NCBI RefSeq assembly: GCF_054482595.1
Contig: NZ_CM137008.1
Length of the DNA stretch: 64,000 bases
Reading direction: 5' to 3' (one strand)
Shown: positions 53,838 through 64,000 of the stretch, piece after piece
Layout of the letters: every line of letters begins with the position of its first letter
Position numbering within the stretch: position 1 is the first letter of the stretch
The notes under the pieces: generated by a model
What the model was told of the DNA's origin: nothing
The model's database searches: none
Seen by the model: only the letters and a program-made list of their open reading frames with translations
Position numbers and translations under genes: made by a program

Positions 53838-54100
53838 TAGGCCTGATAAGACGCGTTAAGCGTCGCATCAGGCGTTGATGTCGGATGCGGCGTAAACGCC
53901 TTATCCGACCTACAAAATCACGCTAAATCAGGCTATTGCGCTGTCTGGCGTAGGCCTGATAAGACGCGGCAAGCGTCGCATCAGGCGTTGATGTCGGATG
54001 CGGCGTAAACGCCTTATCCGACCTACAAAATCACGCTAAATCAGGCTATTGCGCTGTCTGGCGTAGGCCTGATAAGACGCACCAGCGTCGCATCAGGCAT
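53838..54100. repeat. BIME/REP array, ~2.3 units of ~112-115 bp
   Basis: ggcctgataagacgcg...cgtcgcatcaggcg...gatgtcggatgcggcgtaaacgccttatccgacctacaaa units starting at about 53838, 53953 and 54065. Confidence 0.9.
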
Positions 54101-54137
54101 CCACACATTGCCGGGGGATAACCCCGGCAATCTTCAA

Positions 54138-55451
54138 TTATTGATCCGCAGTTTTATCAAATTTGCCCAGCACTTCACGCTCATAAGCCAGCGCCTTTTT
54201 GCGGTCAAATTTGTGTTCCCACTTGGCAATCACCAGCACCGCCAGCGCATTACCCACCACGTTCAGCGCAGTACGCGCCATGTCGAGGATACGGTCAACA
54301 CCGGCAATAAACGCCAGACCTTCCAGCGGAATACCTACGCTACCCAGCGTTGCCAGCAACACCACAAACGACACGCCAGGCACGCCAGCAATCCCTTTCG
54401 AGGTCACCATCAGCGTCAGCACCAGAATGATTTCCTGCCAGATGGACAGGTCAATGCCATACAGCTGAGCGATGAAAATAGCGGCAATACTTTGGTACAG
54501 CGTCGAACCATCAAGGTTAAAAGAGTAACCGGTTGGCACCACGAAGCTGGTGATCGACGCCGGTGCTCCGTAGGCTTCCATCTTCTCAATAATTCGCGGC
54601 AGTACGCTTTCAGAGCTGGCAGTGGAGTACGCCAGAATCAGCTCATCTTTCAGAATACGAATCAGGATCCAGACGCTTAACCCGCACAGGTGCGCCACAA
54701 TGCCCAGCACTACCAGCGCGAAGAACAGAATGGCGAAATGCACCAGCAGCACCAGTTTCGCCAGTGGCCACAGAGAAGAGAAACCAAAGTTAGCCACCGT
54801 CACCGCAATCAGCGCAAACACACCCACCGGCGCATAACGCATCACCATGTGAGTCACTTTAAACATGGTTTCAGAGATGGAGCGGAACACGGTCACCAGC
54901 GGTTCACGATGCGTCGCGGGCAGGGAAGAAAGCCCCAGACCAAACAGCACCGAGAAGAAGATGATCGGCAGCATTTCGCCTTTCGCCATCGACGCCACAA
55001 TGTTCGTCGGCACCAGCGACAAAATCGTGCCCATAATGCCGTGGGAACTGCTTTGTACCGCTTCCGTAGTGCTCTGATATTTCGAGATATCGACGGTCGC
55101 CAGCTGCGACATATCCACCCCGGCACCGGGCTGGAAGACGTTCGCCAGAGTGATCCCCAAAATGATGGCGACGGTGGTGATCACCTCGAAGTAGATAATG
55201 GTTTTCGCGCCAATACGCCCGAGCTGTTTGGCATCACCAACACCCGCGATACCCACCACCAGCGTGGAGATCACAATCGGCACAACAATCATTTTGATCA
55301 AATGGATGAAGATATCACCCGCCGGAGAGAGCAAATTGACGACCAGCCAGTCGCGGCTGTCGCTATGGTAGTGCAGGTAGCTTCCCAGGAGAATGCCCAG
55401 CACCATAGCAAACAGAATCTGCCAGGCCAGGCTGAATTTTATATTTTTCAT
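54138..55451 (-). CDS. gltP: glutamate/aspartate:proton symporter
   Basis: 437 aa DAACS-family transporter. Confidence 0.92.
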   Translation of the reverse strand: MKNIKFSLAWQILFAMVLGILLGSYLHYHSDSRDWLVVNLLSPAGDIFIHLIKMIVVPIVISTLVVGIAGVGDAKQLGRIGAKTIIYFEVITTVAIILGITLANVFQPGAGVDMSQLATVDISKYQSTTEAVQSSSHGIMGTILSLVPTNIVASMAKGEMLPIIFFSVLFGLGLSSLPATHREPLVTVFRSISETMFKVTHMVMRYAPVGVFALIAVTVANFGFSSLWPLAKLVLLVHFAILFFALVVLGIVAHLCGLSVWILIRILKDELILAYSTASSESVLPRIIEKMEAYGAPASITSFVVPTGYSFNLDGSTLYQSIAAIFIAQLYGIDLSIWQEIILVLTLMVTSKGIAGVPGVSFVVLLATLGSVGIPLEGLAFIAGVDRILDMARTALNVVGNALAVLVIAKWEHKFDRKKALAYEREVLGKFDKTADQ

Positions 55452-55792
55452 CAGAATAACTTCCTCAATGGAGCGCCGTTCCCCGTTCAGAAACGCGAGA
55501 ACGTGACATACTGCCAGGGCATGAATTGTGTTGCGTTGGTTTGTAGATTTTTTTAACGCTTATGATCAGTATCATTTGCGCGGTATGTTGCGCAACCCTT
55601 TAACAACAGAGCTTTTCGCTGCATTAATGCATAATAACGCGAGTTTATGGCAGGATTAATGAATAACCATTTGTTATGGAAAGATTTTTATTTGTTTAAT
55701 CTGCAATAATACTGATTAGTGATTATTTTTGACATATGTTCATTCGATTATTTTTTATGCAGCTCAATAACATAATCTTCATCACCAGATGA

Positions 55793-56389
55793 TTAATCCG
55801 ATCTCCGCTGCAACAGTTTCGCCATATTAATCGACTCGACCAGCTGTGTCCGGTTGATCCGGGGTGAGTTGAGATCCATCACTTTTTGCCATAGTTCGAT
55901 GGCTTGCGCGTAATTCGCCTGCATAAACGCATCGGAAGCCAGCAGCATCAGAGCGGTGATTTCGTTAGAGTCCAGCGCGAGGGCTTTGTCGATCATTGCG
56001 CGAGTCTGGGCGGTCATATGCTGGCTGGCCTGGTAATAAAGCACCGTCGCCAGCGCCGCATACAGTTCAGCGTTCTCACCACGTAGTTGCAACGCCTGAC
56101 GGTACGCCAGCAGCGAATTGCTGTAATCGTTTTGCCACAGATAGTACTCGCCCAGTAGCGCCCATTGTTCGCTGTTTTGTGGATTAGCGCGGATTTTATC
56201 CTGCAATGCCTGAAGCTGCGCTTCCGGGGTTTGCTGGCTGGCAAACTGATGTAGCGGATCGCGCTGACGCTGGTACTCCGCACGTACCGCCTGCCATTTT
56301 GGGCTTAACAGATAACTGCCGACACAGAGGAATACCATCAATATCGTGAGTGTTGTCAGCATTTTCACCGGTATTTGAGGCCGTTTCAT
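55793..56389 (-). CDS. nrfG: TPR-repeat heme lyase accessory protein NrfG
   Basis: 198 aa from ATG at 56389 ([20 protein letters not shown]...); TPR repeats. Confidence 0.88.
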   Translation of the reverse strand: MKRPQIPVKMLTTLTILMVFLCVGSYLLSPKWQAVRAEYQRQRDPLHQFASQQTPEAQLQALQDKIRANPQNSEQWALLGEYYLWQNDYSNSLLAYRQALQLRGENAELYAALATVLYYQASQHMTAQTRAMIDKALALDSNEITALMLLASDAFMQANYAQAIELWQKVMDLNSPRINRTQLVESINMAKLLQRRSD

Positions 56390-56769
56390 CGCTTCGCCCT
56401 CACTCGCCAGAGGATCAGTGCCATCAGCAGTAACAACACCACTGGCAGCGCCCACAACACCAGCGTCTGACCCGTTAACGGTGGGTTATAGCGAACAAAA
56501 TCTCCGTAGCGTTCGGTCATCCAGCCAATGATTTCGACTTCACTTTTCCCCTCCGCCACCATGCTGTAAACCTGATGGCGCATACTGACTGCCACCGGCG
56601 CGTTGGATTCCAGTAAGTTTTGATTCTGGCACTGCGGACAACGTAACTGGCTGGCAATATTTAACGCCTGTTGCTGTTGTTGCGGATTGGCGAATTGCCA
56701 GGTGTCTACAACCTGAGCGCGCGCAAAACAGGTAAATAACAGCAGTAGCGTGAGAAGTCCTTTATTCAT
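56386..56769 (-). CDS. nrfF: cytochrome c-type biogenesis protein NrfF (CcmH-like)
   Basis: 127 aa; CPQC motif ([10 protein letters not shown]). Confidence 0.88.
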   Translation of the reverse strand: MNKGLLTLLLLFTCFARAQVVDTWQFANPQQQQQALNIASQLRCPQCQNQNLLESNAPVAVSMRHQVYSMVAEGKSEVEIIGWMTERYGDFVRYNPPLTGQTLVLWALPVVLLLLMALILWRVRAKR

Positions 56770-58420
56770 CGCGCTTCCTCCCCCGCCATCCGCTTAACAA
56801 TGCGCCCGCAATCATCAACAATCCTCCCCCCCAGATCCAGCGCACACCGCTTTGTACATACAAACGAAAAGCGTAACGATCCGGCCCAGTTTTCTCCCCC
56901 ATGACCGCATACCAGTCATGGATGCCGTTCCAGCGAATTGACGGTTCCATCATTTGCTGACGGCGTGCTTCATAAAAACGCCGCTCCGGCGTCAGTTCAC
57001 CAATACGTTGCTGATGGTCAAACAGTGCCACTATCGCTTTTTCGCTGGTGTAATTGCCTCTGGCTTGCAGATCGAGGCGCTCAAAACGGAAGGTGTATCC
57101 TGCCAGCGTCACCTGCTGACCCGGCTGTAAATTCAGGCTGATTTCCTGACGGCTGACGCTGGAAACCACGACCCCAGCGGCAAATAACAGCACGCCCGCA
57201 TGAGCTACCAGCGCCGGAAGCTGCACGCGTTTGCCAGAGACAAACGTCGCCAGCACAATCACCACCAACATCAACAGACCAAACGGTAACGTCGCGCGGT
57301 TAAAATACGGTGCGCCAACGGAGAGGCGTCCCCAGCCCAGCAGGCCGTAAATCATCGGATAAAGCGTTCCCACCAGCACGATCAGTAGCACTGCGCAAAA
57401 CAGCAACAGCGTAGCGAGGATTAACATTTCCCGCGATAACCCCGAAAAACGCACCGCCGGGCCACCGTCCCGCGCTCGCCAGCCATACAGAGCCAGAGAC
57501 GCAAGGCTAATCAGTACAAACAGACTGAACAACGGCACGGCGCGGACGTTATCCAGCGCGAACGCATGAACCGAAACCAGAATGCCAGAACGGACAATTA
57601 AGGTGCCCAGCAGCGACAGCATCAGAGTAACTATCGCCAGTAACAGCGACCAGTGGCGAAAAATCCCCCGCTGGCGTGTCAGGGATAAACTGTGCAGCAG
57701 CGCAGTGGCAGAAAGCCAGGGTAATAAAGAGGCGTTTTCCACCGGATCCCAGAACCACCAGCCGCCCCAGCCCAGTTCGCAATAGGCCCACCAGGAACCG
57801 AGGATGATCCCCGCCGTTAATGCGCTCCAGCCAGGTAGTGCCCAACGCCAGCAAATTCGGGCGCAGGCCGCATCAAACTCGCCGCGCAGTAAACTCGCCA
57901 GCACCACGCTCGCCGCTACCATCAAACCGCCATAGCCAAGGTAAAGCAGCGGTGGATGAAAGATAAGACCGGGATGTTGCAGCATCGGATTGAGATCGCG
58001 GCCTTCGATTGCTGGTGGAAATATCCGCACGAAGGGATCGGACCACAGCACCACAAACAGTAGCAGTGCGGCGAGCATGAGAGATAAAACGGCTAACGTC
58101 AGCGGAAATAGCGGATCGGTTTGCTGCCGATAATGCCAGGCAAACAGCGCGCTCCAGGCGGAAAGCAGCAGCACCCAAAGCAGCAGCGAACCTTCATGGC
58201 CGCCCCACACCGCTGCCAGCTTGAGTTCCCACGACAGCAGGCTGTAGCTATGTTGCGCGACATAAATGACCGAGAAATCGCTGATGAGAAAACAATACGT
58301 CAGTACGCCAAAGGCGAGCAGCTGGAGCGCGAACTGCGCCAGAATGCCGACGCAAGTGAGTCGCATCATGGCAGGCCAGCGCAACCGCACTCCCGCAAAG
58401 GCCGTCAACGGGGTCAACAC
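56762..58420 (-). CDS. nrfE: heme lyase NrfE (CcmF-like)
   Basis: Large polytopic CcmF-type protein; the track ORF starts at a TTG at 58441; a GTG at 58420 gives the 552 aa length I recall for NrfE; start uncertain. Confidence 0.8.
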   Translation of the reverse strand: MLTPLTAFAGVRLRWPAMMRLTCVGILAQFALQLLAFGVLTYCFLISDFSVIYVAQHSYSLLSWELKLAAVWGGHEGSLLLWVLLLSAWSALFAWHYRQQTDPLFPLTLAVLSLMLAALLLFVVLWSDPFVRIFPPAIEGRDLNPMLQHPGLIFHPPLLYLGYGGLMVAASVVLASLLRGEFDAACARICWRWALPGWSALTAGIILGSWWAYCELGWGGWWFWDPVENASLLPWLSATALLHSLSLTRQRGIFRHWSLLLAIVTLMLSLLGTLIVRSGILVSVHAFALDNVRAVPLFSLFVLISLASLALYGWRARDGGPAVRFSGLSREMLILATLLLFCAVLLIVLVGTLYPMIYGLLGWGRLSVGAPYFNRATLPFGLLMLVVIVLATFVSGKRVQLPALVAHAGVLLFAAGVVVSSVSRQEISLNLQPGQQVTLAGYTFRFERLDLQARGNYTSEKAIVALFDHQQRIGELTPERRFYEARRQQMMEPSIRWNGIHDWYAVMGEKTGPDRYAFRLYVQSGVRWIWGGGLLMIAGALLSGWRGRKRDE

Positions 58421-58499
58421 ATTGACCCCGAGACTTAACAACAGCGCCAGAAAACCGACTTCAGGAAGGAATACGTCCAGAAACCACCTCTGTTCTGGC

Positions 58500-59456
58500 T
58501 TACGCCACCGTTAACTGCCCGGCGTAGAGAATGAAAAATCGCAACATCAACACGCCGACCAGACTGGCCCCACACGCCGCCAGCACGGCAGGAATGCCGG
58601 AACTGCGATTGACCCACGGTTTGAGCAACATTGGCACAATCAGCCCCAGCCCGGCGACACCAAGCCAGAACCACCACGTCCAGAAACCGCCGCCCAATGC
58701 CGCCACCAGCGCACGCACTTTACCGTCATCGCCCAGCGCCAGACCGACAAAAAACGCCACCAGCAGGAAGATTTCACCCCATACCACGGGGATTTCCATA
58801 CGGTGTACAAACTGCGCTTCCGTGGAATGCGGGTTACTGCGTTGGCGTATCGCCATGGCGATCAGTGCCACCGCCGCACCGGACGAGATGCCGGAGAAGA
58901 GGAACAGCACCGGCAGGATCGGGTTATTAAGGAACGGATACGATTTCAGCGCCGACAGCAGAAAACCGGTATAAGCCCCCAACAACACCGCCAGCACCAG
59001 CATCAATGTTTCCAGTCCGCGATGAACGGGCGTCAGCAGGCTCAGAACCTTTTGCACGATCCCCAGCTTCGGCAACCAGCGTTGTTGCAGGGCAAGCAAA
59101 TCATGTTCAAAGATTTTCGCCAGCCACAGCACCAGCACCACCATGTAAAGCTGAAACAGCATCACCCCCATCGACATCACCGAGGTAAAACTGTAGTGGA
59201 ACATCAGCTTCCAGAAGGTCCACGGTCTTGTCAGGTGGAAGACGAGGATCAACAGACCGAGGATCACCGCGCCCGGCCCGACAATCAGCGTGGTGCGCAG
59301 CAACGTACTGTCTGCACCGCCCGCCTGCGGGTAGAAGCGACGTAACAGCACAGCCAGCGTCACCAAACCAGCAGAAATACCAATCAAAAACAGGTAGATG
59401 GCAATCGGCCAGTCCCACACCAGCGATTCAAAATGAAATGCGGAAGTCTGCGTCAT
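58500..59456 (-). CDS. nrfD: membrane quinol dehydrogenase subunit NrfD
   Basis: 318 aa polytopic membrane protein; operon position. Confidence 0.9.
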   Translation of the reverse strand: MTQTSAFHFESLVWDWPIAIYLFLIGISAGLVTLAVLLRRFYPQAGGADSTLLRTTLIVGPGAVILGLLILVFHLTRPWTFWKLMFHYSFTSVMSMGVMLFQLYMVVLVLWLAKIFEHDLLALQQRWLPKLGIVQKVLSLLTPVHRGLETLMLVLAVLLGAYTGFLLSALKSYPFLNNPILPVLFLFSGISSGAAVALIAMAIRQRSNPHSTEAQFVHRMEIPVVWGEIFLLVAFFVGLALGDDGKVRALVAALGGGFWTWWFWLGVAGLGLIVPMLLKPWVNRSSGIPAVLAACGASLVGVLMLRFFILYAGQLTVA

Positions 59457-60124
59457 TGGCTCACCTCCCCGTATTTAAACGGTACGCGGTACAGCTTCGG
59501 TTTGGTTCCCAGCGCCAGCTTGTAGCGGTAAGTAGGCTTCTGGCGCAGCAGTTGCGAAATCTCACTGTTAGGATCGTCCAGATTGCCAAACGTCAGCGCC
59601 TTCGTCGGGCAAGCCTCAACGCACGCGGGCAGCTTACCGGCCTGCAAATTGGTCTTACGGCAGAAATCGCATTTGTCCGCCGTCTTCGTGACCGGATGGA
59701 TAAAGCGCACGCGGTACGGACAGGCGGCGATGCAGTACTGACAACCGACGCAGAGATCAGGATTAACATCGACAATCCCGCTAGCGGCATCACGAAAAGA
59801 CGCACCGGTCGGGCAGACGTCAACGCACGGCGCATGATCACAGTGCTGGCAAGACTTACGGAAGAAGCGATATTTCACATCAGGAAATTCGCCCTGCGGC
59901 TCGCTACGAATAATCGTCAGGCGCGAGACGCCTTCCGGCACCTTGTTCACTTCCCGACAAGCATCCATACAGGCGGTACAGCCGATGCATAACGACTCGT
60001 CATGCACCATGCCGTAACGTACCCCATTGATATTCAACGTTTTCGCCACCACGCGTCCTGCGGTGCCGCTGACGGCTGCCAGCACGCCGACGCCGGTGAG
60101 AAACTGGCGACGAGACCAGGTCAT
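59453..60124 (-). CDS. nrfC: 4Fe-4S ferredoxin-type subunit NrfC
   Basis: 223 aa; Tat-type RRQFL motif; several CxxCxxCxxxCP clusters. Confidence 0.9.
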
Positions 60125-60687
60125 GGCTGCTCCTTAAGCAACGGAACAGACGCCGGGTTAAAGTTCGGATTGGTGCGCTGATCGCTGTGGCAATCGACGC
60201 AAATCTTAATCCGTCCTTTGTCACTTAACGTCTGCATCGTATCTTGCTGTGGATGCAGGGAATGGCAGCTGGCGCACGCCACTTTGGTTACGTGGACATC
60301 GTGCGGCCAGAACGCTTTTTGCAACTGTTCCGGCAGATGGCAGGACATACAGACGCTGTTCTGCTCTCCAACCTTGTACATCGGCTCGTTAAAGCGCATC
60401 ACATCTTTCACCCCTTCGCGGTGTTGCGGTGATGGCTGGCCGTGACAGTTGGTGCAGGTGACCGGCAGTTTGTTATTCGGGTTGATAACGGAAGCATGTT
60501 TGCCATGCATACCTTCGGTATCTGGCTTATGACAGTCCAGACAGGCGGCATCCGGGTTACGCTGCTGGGTAACTTCGTAGCGATCATCAGATGCCTGCGC
60601 CGCAGGGGTAGCGGTAATTCCGTTCAGGCTCCACAACAGGCCCGACGCCAGCACCCCGGCAGTTAATAACGAACGTAATACGCTCAT
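60121..60687 (-). CDS. nrfB: pentaheme cytochrome c NrfB
   Basis: 188 aa from ATG at 60687; five CxxCH motifs (CLDCH, CTNCH, CMSCH, CASCH, CVDCH). Confidence 0.9.
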
Positions 60688-60731
60688 ATTCACTCCATTG
60701 TGTTTTCCGCCCCTTGCGAGGCGGAACGGGG

Positions 60732-64000
<3,269 letters not shown>

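Noticed and set aside
54690-55556. 288-aa His/Arg/Gln-rich plus-strand ORF antisense to gltP
   Set aside because: Extremely biased composition and fully antisense to the gltP transporter gene; artefact

Overview
This 64 kb window reads as an Escherichia coli chromosomal segment from the K-12 ~92-93 min region, in reverse orientation to K-12 numbering. Gene order is dcuB(3' part)-fumB-yjdF-melB-melA-melR-adiA-adiY-adiC-eptA-basR-basS-pmrR-proP-yjcZ-crfC-phnA-phnB-phnCDEFGHIJKLMNOP-yjdP-[accessory block]-yjcS-ytcA-mdtNOP-fdhF-yjcO-gltP-nrfGFEDCBA-acs(5' part). Almost all of it is ordinary, well-known core genome, identified here by reading translations against remembered protein sequences and gene order; no similarity search was run. 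The exception is a ~9.4 kb block (about 34.2-43.7 kb) between yjdP and yjcS, where I recall K-12 carrying rpiB-rpiR-alsBACEK. The block encodes a hybrid sensor kinase with no HPt domain, a divergently transcribed sugar ABC transporter (ATPase, permease, binding protein), a cupin-type D-lyxose/D-mannose isomerase-like protein, a class II ketose-bisphosphate aldolase-like protein, a pfkB-family sugar kinase, and a convergent OmpR-family response regulator. This is the most interesting system in the window; the isomerase family has, to my recollection, been characterised in pathogenic E. coli, but the pathway and signalling logic appear largely unexplored. Other notable points: phnE is intact (K-12 has a frameshift), fdhF contains an in-frame TGA selenocysteine codon with a downstream hairpin, and REP/BIME arrays generate phantom ORFs in the track. 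No CRISPR array, IS element, integrase or tRNA gene was seen.
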